Assembly (NCBI GenBank): GCA_012862495.1
Contig: BLSG01000132.1
Location: forward strand, 219,322-257,640
Reading direction: 5' to 3'
Source of the DNA: Thraustochytrium aureum
Taxonomy: Eukaryota
Length of the DNA stretch: 38,319 nt
The position numbers and the translations under genes were made by a program. The first letter of the stretch is position 1. Each line of letters opens with the position of its first letter. The notes below the pieces were generated by a model. It searched no databases, was not told the origin of the DNA, and saw only the letters and a list, made by a program, of their open reading frames with translations. Positions 1-11,803 of this stretch are shown here, in pieces.

Positions 1-1151
1 CCTTCCCGCCGAACAAGCTCGTCTCCTCCGACCCCACAGAAGCCTTCCCGGCGCGCCTCGTCCGCGCGCACAACAAGGCCCTCGTGCTGGAAGCCGAGGC
101 AAGAGCCGTTTCCGCCTCAGACAGGCCCGACTCGGCCTCCGCCTCCGCCTCCGCCTCGGCATCGGCATCGGCCTCGGCATCGTTCACGGGCGGTGACGGC
201 CCCGAGGAGGCGCAGCCATCCCTTCAGGGCGAAAGCGACGAGGCCGCGCCTGGAGTCGTAGAGCAATCTCCCAGAGCCTCGCCCGCTCCATCAAAGGCCG
301 AGGAGGCTTCAGCGAGCGAGCCGCCGTCGCTCGAGTCGGCCATGCCGGCGAGGGAGGAGCAAGCAGAGGCGCTTGGGAGCTCTCGTTCGGACGACGCGGC
401 CGAGGCGCCCGAGGCCGCGCCCCTGGCTGGTGGGGCGACCGCCGAGCCGCCAAGCCTCTCGACGGGGCCGCGCCGCGCCGTTGCGAGGTCAAGGAGTGCC
501 GCAAGCATCCGGCTTTCGCTCTGCCCGGCGAGCCTGCAAGATGGTGCGCCGACCACAGGGTCGAGAACTCGGCCCTGGTCTCGTGCGAGATGGACGGCTG
601 CCTCGCCAACCCGACATTCATCACCTACGGCGGCCAAAAACCGCGCTGGTGCGTCCTGCACAGGCCCAAAGACGCAGTGCACATCCAGCGCCGCCAGGCG
701 AGCTCAGCTTTTGCGACCGCATCTCGCGGTACGCGTTCCCCGGCGACCGAGCCCGTTGGTGCATCCTCCACAAGCTTGCCGGCGCGGTGGACGTCCACAA
801 GCGCCGCTGCGAGTCGGACGACTGCAGCACGGCGCCTATCTTTGGCTACAAGGGCAAAAAGCCGCGCTGGTGTGCGCGCCACAAGCCCAAGGAGGCCATC
901 CCCGTCAAGAAGAAGCTGTGCGAGACCGCCGAGTGCATCAAGGCGCCTTCGTTTGGCTTTGAGGGCGAGTCTGCGCGTTGGTGCGCCGCGCACAAGGAGC
1001 CAGGCGCGATCGCCGTCTACCGTCGCCGGCGCGAGGTTCTCTCGACCGATGTGCCCGCTCTCGCCGAGGCGGCGCGCCTCAAGCCGCGCGCTGCACCGCA
1101 CGTGGAACAGCAGCAGCAACAGCAGCAGCCGCCGCCGCCGCCGCCGGTCCC
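1..1151 (+). CDS. EsV-1-7 Cys/His-repeat protein (5'-partial, 3' end runs into a gap; two apparent frameshifts near 470 and 697)
   Basis: The frame is open from the window start (FPPNKLVSSDPTEAF...), followed by an S/A/E-rich linker. Five repeats of C-x4-C-x3-P-x-F/Y-x3-G-x3-RWC-x2-H lie at 482-996 (CEVKECRKHPAFALPGEPARWCADH; CEMDGCLANPTF...PRWCVLH; a third split by the frameshift; CESDDCSTAPIFGYKGKKPRWCARHK; CETAECIKAPSFGFEGESARWCAAHK). The gene spans three frames and ends in polyQ/polyP. Confidence 0.8.
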
Positions 1152-2194
1152 NNNNNNNNNNNNNNNNNNNNNNNNNNNNNNNNNNNNNNNNNNNNNNNNN
1201 NNNNNNNNNNNNNNNNNNNNNNNNNNNNNNNNNNNNNNNNNNNNNNNNNNNNNNNNNNNNNNNNNNNNNNNNNNNNNNNNNNNNNNNNNNNNNNNNNNNN
1301 NNNNNNNNNNCTGAGCGCCGACTTGCGGACCTGACACTTTTCCTGTTCTGCTCTGTTCTGCTTTTCGCTGCCCTGCTCTGGCGGGCCCTGTGCTGGCGGG
1401 CGACCTTGTTCTGGCGGATCATCATCTAGGCCTATTACTGCAGGGTGGTGGCCTTGTTCCGGCTGGTGCCCTTGCTCTGGCGGTCCTTCGCACTGGCGGG
1501 TGGATGATGGCGAGGCGCGAGGCGGGCCTTGTTCCGGCGGACCCTTCGAACGGGTGGCGATGCGCGACGGAAGCGACCCGCCAGTCCTCGCCTGCCCGCC
1601 CGCCCTCCCGTCAGCCGCGAGCTATCTATCGACCGGTCGTCACGTCCGCGCGGCGAGCGGGGCACGAGCACCGGTTTTGAAAATAGCGGGAGGGAGCGTC
1701 CCTCTGCCGCGGCGCAACCGGGACAACCTGGCCCTCCTTAGTGTGGCTTCGCTCTAATCCCCCGACGGTAGAATATTCAGCCGATCCTGTCGATTTTTCC
1801 CCCCCCACACCTTGTCCGGTAACATTCCTCCGCCGTGCGGGGCAGCCTTGTGTCCACGACCCACTCGGCTCCGATCCGGTTCTCCACGTATCGCTTTACT
1901 GCGTTTTTTTTCTCGCTCACGCCCTGCAAGGGCAGGGGCGGATTTGCGGCGCAAGGTGGAGTGAGCAGAGCCGCGTTTGAACGGGAGCAAGCCATGTGAA
2001 AGGCAGGCAGGCAGACACCGATCGCGGGCGGGCTCCGAGTGCTGCTGCCCCGGAGGAGTGAGCCCCATTCGTCGTACCGGTATTCGTCGTGCCGGTGCGT
2101 CCAGTCCGTCGATCGCGCTGCAGACGCCGCGAGGAGCACCATTTTGTCGCTCCGTTACGGCCAATCCGTCGGTCGCGGTGCAGTCGCCGCGAGG

Positions 2195-5192
2195 ATGTTT
2201 CGGGACGGTAAGGAGAATGACGGGCCGAGGCTGCGCGTGGACTCGATGATGGACAGGGACGCGACGCAGCACGAGGAGGCGGAGCTGTCCACGCCATGCT
2301 CTGTGGCGCCGACGGTGCTCAAGGTGTTTGCGCCCCCCCGGTGACAAACAAAAGACGCGAAGGTCGCTGCTGCTGCCCACGTCGAGCGTGCCGAGCGAGT
2401 TCACGCCCGATGACCTGAGCTGGCCAAAGCTGTGGGAGATTATGGTTCGCCGCGGATGGAAAAAGTCGGGCGGCATGTACTCGGACTCCCTCTTCGTGAT
2501 GCCCGGCTACGAGAAACACGAGGCGCGGTACGGCAAGGAGATGTTCGACGACTACCGCGCCCTCATGGACCACATGGTCGCCAAGCGCCACACGCTGTTC
2601 CGCGACTACTTTGAAGAGTACTTCAACATGTACCCCGGCTCCACCTTCAAGCCGGTCCCTGGCCTCACCGTTGAAGACATCCACTGGTCGAGCCTGTGGC
2701 AGATTCTGAAAAAGTGCGGCTGGAAGGCCTTCAACGGCGGTCTCATCTGCTCGTTCGTTTACGCAAGCGAGACCATCTCGCGCAAGAAGGACGCGCTCAT
2801 TGCTCTGAAAAACGGCAAGGCCTTCGTCTCCTCGCGCGACACCACAAAGCACATCCTGGCCAACCAGCAAGACTATTCGCACGTGCTCGAGCAGTACTTT
2901 GAAAAGCACCCGCTGCCCGCGCGACTCACAGGCGCAGGCGCAGGCGCTCCCGCAGAGCTTGCCACACCAACGCCCGCCAAGTCTCTCCGCGCTAGTGACG
3001 GCCGCGAGGACGAGGCCGACGCAGACGACCTGCACAACCTCTGCGCCGACCTCGACTTTTTCTCGAGCGACGACGACGACGCCGAGGCTGGCACCGCCTC
3101 CAAGAGGCTGGAGGTGCGCGCGCCCCACAGGGCCGGCCCCTCGTCGTCCGGCGCCGCGCAGGGGTTGCGGAACGCTGCGATCGGCCACTCGAGCGCGCAT
3201 CGGTCAGGAGGGTCGTCGGCCTTCTCGGCGAGCCCCTCCACGCCGCCCGGGCCGCCGCACACCGCGGGCAAGCGCTCGCGCAAGCCGCTCGCAGACGCGA
3301 CTCAGGGCTCCCCCATGGCCGTTGAGGCTTCGCCGCAGGACGAGCGTCCAAACCTCGACGAAGCGGACCGCCCCAAGTTTTTCAACTTTATCTGGCCCAT
3401 CTTCAAGCGCGAGTACGGCTGGACGCACGCGCCCGGCAACCTCTTGCATGCCTTCGCCTTCCTCAAGCCGCACTGCAAGGGCAAAAAGGACGGCCAAGAA
3501 GGCGTCGACTACTTTGTTGGCGAAGACGCGCTCGTCGGCCACGCCATGAAGGCGCACCCAGGCCTGGTGCGTCAGTTCCTTGATAGGGAGACCGAGACCC
3601 GCGAGCTCGACAAGCTCCGCAAAGAAAGCGAACAGCACCGCCAGCGCGTGCGCGAGCAGCAAAGGCAGCAGCAGCTCCAAAAGCAGCAACAGCAGCAGGA
3701 GGCTCTGTCGCGGCGCTCCGCGCCCTCGGTCCCGCCAAAGGAGGAGCGCCTGCCTTTCGCGGTGCTCTTCAGTCAGATGCGCAAGCTCGGCTGGACCTAC
3801 AAGCCCTCGCCAGACATCCTCAAGAACTTTTACTACCTCGCGCCAGGAATCAGCTCCATCAGGGAGGGACAGCTCGGCGTCAACATGTTTGACTGCGAGG
3901 ACGACGTGGTCAAGTACTACTACGACTTTTTACACAACGACGAGCTCGACGAGGACGACGACAGCGACCACGCGGTGGAGGAGGAAGCGTCGGCCACCGA
4001 CTCGCCCGTGCCCTCCAACACCCCTGCACCGCAGCCGCAGCAGCCCGCCAAGGCCAACACGCAGCGCCGCGAAAAGCAAGAGCAAGAACTCGACGGTCCC
4101 GACGGGGGCGCCATGGATTCCAGCAGCAAAGTGGCACCCTCAGGTCTCGACTTCAACTCGATCTGGCCCAGCCTGCAGAAGGAGGGCTGGAAGCACTTTC
4201 GCGGGTCGGGGCTCGTCTCGTTCTACTACGCCAAGCCGCACGTGCAGGTCAAGTCAGAGGGCACGCTCGGAGTTGACATGTTTAGCTCAGAACAAGCCGT
4301 AGTCGAGCAGTATCGCCAGTACCTCGAGGAGCTCGAGGGGTCTTCGAGCGACGGCTCGCCCGCAGCCTCTGCGACGCAAGAGCCCGAGCTCGACCTCCAT
4401 GTTGACATGAAGCTGTGCGACTTTGTCTGGTGCGTCCTCAAGGACGAACAAGGCTGGCTGTACAAGCCGGGCAACAACTTGCACGCCTTCTGCTTCCTCA
4501 AGCCGCCTCTCACCAAGAAAAGCGACGGCGTGGAGGGCGTCAACCTCTTCACGGGCTACCCCGCGCTGCTCAACTATGTCAAGCTTCGGCAGCCGGGCCT
4601 CATCAAGAGGTACCACGCCGAGCAGGAAGCTGCTGCGCGAGAGGCCGCCGACCCAGAGTCGCCCGCGTCAGAGGCGGTACTCAAGGACCAGCACGGTGCT
4701 CAAGGACCAGCAGGACGATATGAGCAGCGGTCAGGACAGCGACGCAGACGCAGAAGATGATGATGGCGCGCAGGACATGGACCAGGGCGTTGAGGACGAC
4801 AGCCGCCGGAACGCGCGCCGTTGGCCAAGCCCGCGACATCTGCGGCCGCGCAAACCGCGCTTTCAAGAAAGCGCGCCTCCCCGTCGCCGTCCAAGCGGCT
4901 CTCGAACAACGCCAAGAAAAAGGCGCGCGTCACAGCGCCGCCCAAGCATGCCGCGGCCCGCAAGAGCGCAGGCCCGACTGTTGCTGGGGACGGCCCCGAC
5001 TCTGCCCTGTTTGATTTCGTCTGGGATAAGCTGCAAAAGGACCACGGCTGGACCACGGCCTTTGTGCAGCTCTCCCCCAAGGGTGGCACGAAGAAGGTCA
5101 TCATCGGCGAGGAGGCTCTGCTCGAGCACGTCTGCAACACGCACGCGCGCTACGTGCTCGACTACGCCATCGAGCAGAAGAAGGCGGCTTAG
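2195..5192 (+). CDS. Uncharacterised multi-repeat protein A with 7 copies of a ~55-aa W/GW/PG/GxDxF module (frame breaks near 2335, 4690 and 4800)
   Basis: ATG at 2195 (MFRDGKEND...) joins ORF 2328-4760 at a C7 run, then an acidic segment and ORF 4821-5192. Modules start near 2415, 2680, 3375, 3750, 4146, 4410 and 5004 (the last is degenerate) and are separated by disordered linkers. Confidence 0.8.
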
Positions 5193-5613
5193 CTGGCTCC
5201 GGAGACCGAGCGACCGCAATGCACAAACCCCTCTCGCAACACCTCTAAAATAAAGCAACCAACGCAAAACCAAAATCGATGAGCAGGAAGCAGCGCGACT
5301 GCCGATGCGCAGCGGCCGGCCAGGCCAGCCCGCCAGGCCAGCCCGCCGCCGAGGTTGCGCCAGCATTATTTGCGGGATACTTGTTCTGGCGCTCCCCGCT
5401 GTATTCAAATTCTCAACTCCAACTCCTCCACGTTCACCACACACTGGCATCGGCGCAGCAGACCCCGAACGCCCCGGAGCGCTCCCTGCCTGCTGCAAGG
5501 CAGCTGGACGGCCGGTCGCCGCGGTGCTGCTACGCCGAGTCGCGGCTTGACGTCAGCACGGGCGCGCGCGTTATCGGCTGCGCGCCGCGACGGTCTGTCG
5601 ACGGGCAACGAAG

Positions 5614-8600
5614 ATGAGCGGCGAAAATGCGAGGGTTTCGCCAATGGGCACGCCCACGGCGCCCTGCGATGGAACGGCCGGGGCGAAGAGGACGACGCCC
5701 GAGCGAACGCGCGAGGACGCGCCGAGGACGCCCGAGAATGGGTATAGCTTTGCGCGAGCCATGCGCGGGAACAGGGTCACCGCTCCGTACGTGGAAAGGC
5801 ACCGCGCACCACAAGTCAGCGTTCAGGCCGCGCTGCTGAGAGGCAAGCCCGTGATATGGTCGCAGCTCTGGGAGGTGCTTCATTATCAAGGCTGGAAGCA
5901 CAACACGCGAGAGGACGGCGGGGACGAGTATGTTGTGCCAGGCAACACGCCCGGTCGCGCACGCGCCGGAACTGAAAAGTTTCGCTCGCAGTCCGAGCTG
6001 CTCAACTATCTGATCACCGGCCCTGCGAACAATATGATCACGCACGCCCTCGAAGCCTACGCCGCCAAGGTCTCGCTACTGGAGGTAGAGGCGCCTGCAG
6101 CGCCGGCCGGTGACGCCAAGCCCAAGCTGAAGCACAGCGAGGGAAACAAGCAAGAGAGCCCCTCGTGCGCTCCCCAGGCGACGCCGCCGCGCACCAAAGC
6201 GCCTTTGGTGGCGAAAAGTGCCGATCAAGGCGCCCAGAAATTCGTCGAGCCTGAGGGCCCCGCTCGACTTCAAGCTCTAGCACAAGCCACATTCGCCCGC
6301 AAACGGCGACGATCAGCCGACCCAAACTCGAGGTCCTCGGCAATGCCTTTGGATCGCGAGCACATGTTCAATTTCGTGTGGGACGAGCTCAAGTTCAAAC
6401 ACGGTTGGACGCACGGGCCAGGGGATAGCCTGCACAGCTATTCCTATATCAAACCAGGATTCTCCAAAGCCAGGGGGACTGTTGGGGTACACGTTTTCGT
6501 GGGGGAAGACGCGCTCCTCGAGTACGTAGCCGCGAACGAGCCCGAGCTTATCTCCGCTTTTCAAGCGGAAACGAGAGACGCCACCGCCCGCGCCAAGGCC
6601 GGGCGGCGCGCGCCGAGCCCGCCGCCAAACCAAAAGCGAGCCCGCCCGAGCGCCTCCGCAGCAAAGCCGCCACCGCGGGCTACAGCGCCCAAGTCTGCTC
6701 CGCCGGCCTCGCGCCGGTCTGTCCCCTAGGCTCACCTTCAAGGAGGCCTTCTCGCGAATGCGCAAGCTCGGCTGGACATTCAAGGCCCACCCGAACAAGC
6801 TAAAAAACTACGTCTACCTCGCGCCAGGCGTCAAGTCCCTCGAGGAGGGTCTCCTTGGTGAAACCGTGCTTGAAAGCGAGGAGCAAGTTGTCGACCTGTT
6901 TTACCGTGACCTGTATGGAAAGGCTTTGACGGAAAGTGACAACGACGACTCCAGCGTGTCTTCAATTAAGTCATCCCGCGGCCCAGGAGCTCGGCGCCAG
7001 GGGCAGGACTCGAACGCTACCACCCCGAGCGCCATGTCCTCCGGAGCGGACGTTCGGGCGTCGAGGGCGCTGCCTCCGTCGTTCAACAGTCGCTTGTTCA
7101 AGCGAAAGCGAGAGGGTTCTATGCCAGAGACATACTCTGACGCTGCGAGCGTTGCAACCGAGACCACGGGCAACGCCCAGTCCCCGGCGAACTTGCATCT
7201 CGCAGGGGCGCAGGGTTCTGCCCGTTCAGCCTCAAAGCTCCGGACCACGACAACCGCGGCTTCCTCACCAGCCACGAATGCGGCAGTCGGCGCGGTTACG
7301 ATTTCTTCGCGCCGCGTCCCGCGCCGCCCTGAAGACGGTGCGGCCCTCCGCAACCAGCGCCGGCTCGAGGCGAGGCTGTGCAAACTCTGGCCTTATCTTC
7401 GCAACGAGCACGGCTACAGGTACGTGCGATACAAGGGGATCGAGTGCACGTTTCTCTACGTCTGCCCAGGGGTCAAAACCTGGTCCACCGACCGATTCGG
7501 AGTCGATGTTTTCACCTCAGAGGCAGACGTTGTGCGTGACTACCTGAGCAAGACCAACTGCACCCTCGAAGAGCTCGAGGAGGCGGCGCAGATAGTGCCG
7601 CCCAGCAAGGCTTCTGCGACGAAAAAGAGCGCCGCCGCCGCCGTCAAGCAGTGTCCAAAGTCCGCACCACCTAAATCGCGCGGCCAGGGCAGGTCGCGGA
7701 ACGCGAGAGAGAGCGTGCGCGGTGCAGACGTCAATTGCACGGCCCGCCAGAGCCGGCGCCGGTCGCTCGGCACTGCTGCCGCACGCAAGTGTGAGAGCCG
7801 CAACACGCGCTTGCGCAACCTGTGGCTGCACTTGCGCAGGAAACTTGGGTACACGTACGCACGGAGCTCGGGGCTAGAGTCGTCGTTCGTGTATCTCTGC
7901 CCGGGCGTCAAGCATGCCTCCGAGCGCCGAATGGGGGTCAACATGTTTGTCTCAGAGGAGGATGTTGTCATGAACTACTTGGCCAAGACTGGCATCTCGC
8001 TCGAGGATCTCGAGAACCAAGCGTTCGGCAGCTCGGACTCTCACGAGTCGGACGAGGAGACTGCTGAGACCGACGAGCGCGAGACCGACGAGCGCGAGAC
8101 CGACAGCGCGGAAGCGGAAGCAGACGAGATCCCTTGGGGCAGCCGCAGGCCCACCTTCACAGAGCTGTGGCCGCGCCTCAAGGCGCAAGGCTGGCACCAC
8201 GCCCCTGGCGCGGGGCTAGCAGCATGGTGCTACCTCAAGCCAGGCGTGACCAAGTCGACAGGCCAACGGGGTGTCGACATGTTTGACGCTGAAGAGGACG
8301 TGGTGGAGCACTGGGTGAAAGCAGCGGGCTGCGCCGAGCAGACCCTCCCTGCCAAAGGCTTTGCAGCGATTCCTGATGGTGCGGGCTTCGAGGAAGCGTC
8401 CGCTAGCTCTGACTCGGGCTCTGATGCAGATGTCGCCCAAGTTTGCACCAAGAAGTTGCCTCGCCGGGCACGTGAGAAGCAACCGCCCTCGGCCCGCAAC
8501 CGCGGAGAAGACTCAAGCGAGGACTCGAGCGAGGACGAGGACGACGAGCCGGCACCTACCTTTGGCCAGGTCTGGAAGCAGCTTCGCAAATTGGGCTGGA

Positions 8601-9549
8601 CCCACAAGCCTGCAGGGCCTCTAAGCGGCTTCGTATACCTCAAACCTGGCGTGAAGAAGAGTACGGGAACCCTCGGAGTGGACATGTTCGAATGTGAAAA
8701 GCAAGTCGTCGAATGCTGGAGGCGCGACCGCGCCATAGCCGCGGAATCTAAACCCGCAGCGCACGGGGCGCTTTCGAGCGAACCAAGTCGGCCCATGCCA
8801 AGCGGAGAGAGCAAGCCGGACGAGTTTGGCGAATGCGAGCCTCGATCCGTGCGCGCTGCTCCTCCACCGACGAGCTCGCCGTTAGTCCAGTCTTGGCATC
8901 AAATGGAGCTCATGGGCTGGCGCCAAGTTGCAGTGGACGACAAGATCTCCCTGTTCTTGAGCCCGTCGGTGCGCTGCAGCTCGCCGAGCGAGCTCCGTAT
9001 CGACGAGCCCCGTGTCTTTGGCTCCAAGGCGGATGCTGTCGCTTTCTTCAAGCTGCAAGAGCGGAAACGCGCAACTCGCTCTGAGGCTCCCAGGCACGAG
9101 TCTGCTGATGCCAGCCCCAGCAGCTTGGTGAGCGCGCAACGCCAACCTTGGAACGCACATGAGCCGTCGCATCTCCGGCGGGCGGGCGCCAAGCAACGCA
9201 GGTTGGCCCTCGGAGACGACGAGAGCGAGCGCGGTGCTTTGGCCGAGGAGGAGGACGGCAAAGGGTACTCTGGTGACGCGGACAACGGCGACGAGGAGCA
9301 CGTTGTTGTCGAGAGGCGTTGCGCTCGGGCCAAGTCGATGAGCGAGCCCTTCCCAAATCGCCGCCATGCCTTGTCGGATGCCGCGAGCGCAAAGGCTTTG
9401 AGTACCGCGGGCGAAAACCAGAGCGCAGGCTCGCCCTTCTCATCGGCGGAAGACCGCACCGAGGAAGCCCAGTCGCAGCAGTTCGAGGCGATGGACGAGC
9501 ACCTCGAGGCCCAACTGGAGAAAATGCAACAGGTGATGAAGGCACTCCA
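5614..9549 (+). CDS. Uncharacterised multi-repeat protein B with 8 copies of the same module (frame break near 6725; 3' end in gap)
   Basis: ORF 5614-6729 continues in the 6758 frame (PRLTFKEAFSRMRKLGW is contiguous just upstream of 6758). Modules start near 5851, 6361, 6731, 7373, 7808, 8150, 8555 and 8879. The frame is open up to the gap at 9550. Confidence 0.85.
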
Positions 9550-9877
9550 NNNNNNNNNNNNNNNNNNNNNNNNNNNNNNNNNNNNNNNNNNNNNNNNNNN
9601 NNNNNNNNNNNNNNNNNNNNNNNNNNNNNNNNNNNNNNNNNNNNNNNNNNNNNNNNNNNNNNNNNNNNNNNNNNNNNNNNNNNNNNNNNNNNNNNNNNNN
9701 NNNNNNNNNNNNNNNNNNNNNNNNNNNNNNNNNNNNNNNNNNNNNNNNNNNNNNNNNNNNNNNNNNNNNNNNNNNNNNNNNNNNNNNNNNNNNNNNNNNN
9801 NNNNNNNNNNNNNNNNNNNNNNNNNNNNNNNNNNNNNNNNNNNNNNNNNNNNNNNNNNNNNNNNNNNNNNNNNNNNN

Positions 9878-11406
9878 GAAGCTTGCTTACAGAGAGCGGG
9901 GCTGCATTCTCGATGGTCAACTGCGAAGCGTGCTACTCGGTGGCCTTCCTCTTCAAGGCGCTCCTGCGCGACATACCTGCAAGCGAGGCCGAGCCTGCGG
10001 GCCTCGGCTTGGAGGACAACAGCGGAGCCATCGAGGACGACGACGACGAGGAGGAGGAGGAGAATGCGCTACCTGGCGCAGCCGAGTACGAGGCCCGCCG
10101 GCAAGAGAACATCAAAGAAAACGCAGCAGCGCTGGAAGAGCTCTTCGGGGAGAGCGCGCAGACTCGCACCGCAGCGCAGGCAGATGGGTCGGCGAAGGAC
10201 AGCAGCGCCCTGATAGCGTCAGAGTCTCGCATACAGACCCGCGCTAGGGCGCCCGCGACTCGCTGCGAACGCTTGCACAACTTTGCTATGCTATTACGGC
10301 ACCGGCTCGAGTCACGAACAAAACGCGGGGATGCCAGCACATTCTATTTGGTGTTGGACAACGCGGACCGGCTTCACGCCGAGTACCCGTTTGTGATTCC
10401 GGGCCTGCTTCAGCTGGATGAGCTGACCGGTTGCAACGTGAGCGTTATTCTGCTAGCTGGCTCTGTGCCGGTGGACCTGGGCAATGCGCTGCTCGCCCGC
10501 GACGTTTGCAATGTCCCTTTCGATCCGTACACCGAGATGCAGATGCGCACTATCCTGAGCAAGGACATCGAGGCGAAGGCCCGTGCTGAGGGCCGGCTAA
10601 GCGAAGCCAACACACTCGCTTGGGTGGGCGGCTTTGTCAAGCAGGTTACAGATGTGTTCTTCAAGCAGGTGCGCGACCTGCGCGAACTCCGGCACATCAC
10701 GCTCGACTTGTGGGCCTTTTTCTGGCGCTCTGCGTCGCGCGCAAGTGCAGAGTCTTCTCTGAGCGCGCCAGCCCCTAGCATGGACACTGTGCGGGAAGTT
10801 CTCGCCCCGCGGGTCCGGCTGGTTTTGCGCAAGCTGTACCGGCACGACTTTCAGGACGACCCGGCATACGACGAATCGCACGGAGCGGTGGGGAAAAGCG
10901 TCGTCGACGACGAGGCGCGCGATCTGCTGAGCTCCACCGAGATACCCTATAATAGCAAGGTGCTGCTCGTCGCAGGCTTTCTTGCTTCCTACAACTCGAC
11001 GGATGCGGACCGCAAGCTCTTCTCGACGCGGCGGGTGACCTCAAACCGCGCCAAGCGCAATCGCGGCCAGGCCAAGTATGGAGGGGCGACCAAGCAGTCG
11101 GGGGACCGCCCGCCATCCCAGACGCTGCTCGGCCCGCGCAAGTTTGGCCTCGAGCGGCTCTTCTGGATCTACCGAGCGCTTCTCGCCAACTTGCAGGGCG
11201 GCCGCGTCGCACTCGAGTCCTTTCACGAGGACATGTACAAGCACCTGACCACTCTGATGAGCATCGGGATGCTCACGCGCGTTTCGCCCGAGGAGGACCT
11301 CGACAAGGTCGTGCTCAAGTGCACGGCCTCTATTGACTATGTGCGCGCCGCGGCCGGCACGCTGGCGGGGCTTGTGCTTGATGAGTATCTCGTCGAGCAG
11401 CCCTAG
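9878..11406 (+). CDS. ORC5: Origin recognition complex subunit 5 (N-terminus with Walker A in gap)
   Basis: Motifs MVNCEACYS and FYLVLDNADRL (Walker B region), plus ORC5 C-terminal signatures IPYNSKVLLVAGFLASYNSTDADRKLF and LLGPRKFGLERLFWIY. Confidence 0.92.
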
Positions 11407-11803
11407 CGAGTAGCTCTGGCCTCTAGAGAGGGGCAAGTAGAGAGCAAGTAGGACACGAGCGTCGGATGGCACTGCGAGAGAAGACAGACTGAGCGAGCTT
11501 TGCTGGCCAGCTCTCGTTCTCGCTTCAGTGGGCCTGCCTCGGCGAGCTCGTGGCGACTGCCGAGCGAGGACCGTGCTGGTTGTCCTCATCAGTGGGCGCG
11601 TTGCGGGCGTTGATGCAATAGATAAACAATGTCACCATGTGAGTTAGAGTTATTACAACCGCGGCCGGCGCACATCGAGCGTGTTCCCCTCGGCGGCATT
11701 GCTGGCCCGAGGTCGCGCTCGCCGTGCCCCCTAATGCAACAAAAAACAGCGCGGCCGCGCAAGCGCCTCGTGCGGCCTCATACATTCGCTTGGCCCTAAC
11801 GCC

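Noticed and set aside
8066..8105. 15-bp tandem repeat encoding ETDER
   Set aside because: Ordinary low-complexity coding repeat in a linker.
2319..9459. Numerous long antisense and alternative-frame ORFs
   Set aside because: Expected shadow ORFs of GC-rich coding sequence, with no motifs.
1..11406. Endogenous virus or transposon carrying the repeat genes
   Set aside because: No capsid, polymerase, integrase or transposase and no terminal repeats were seen, and composition resembles the neighbouring host genes.
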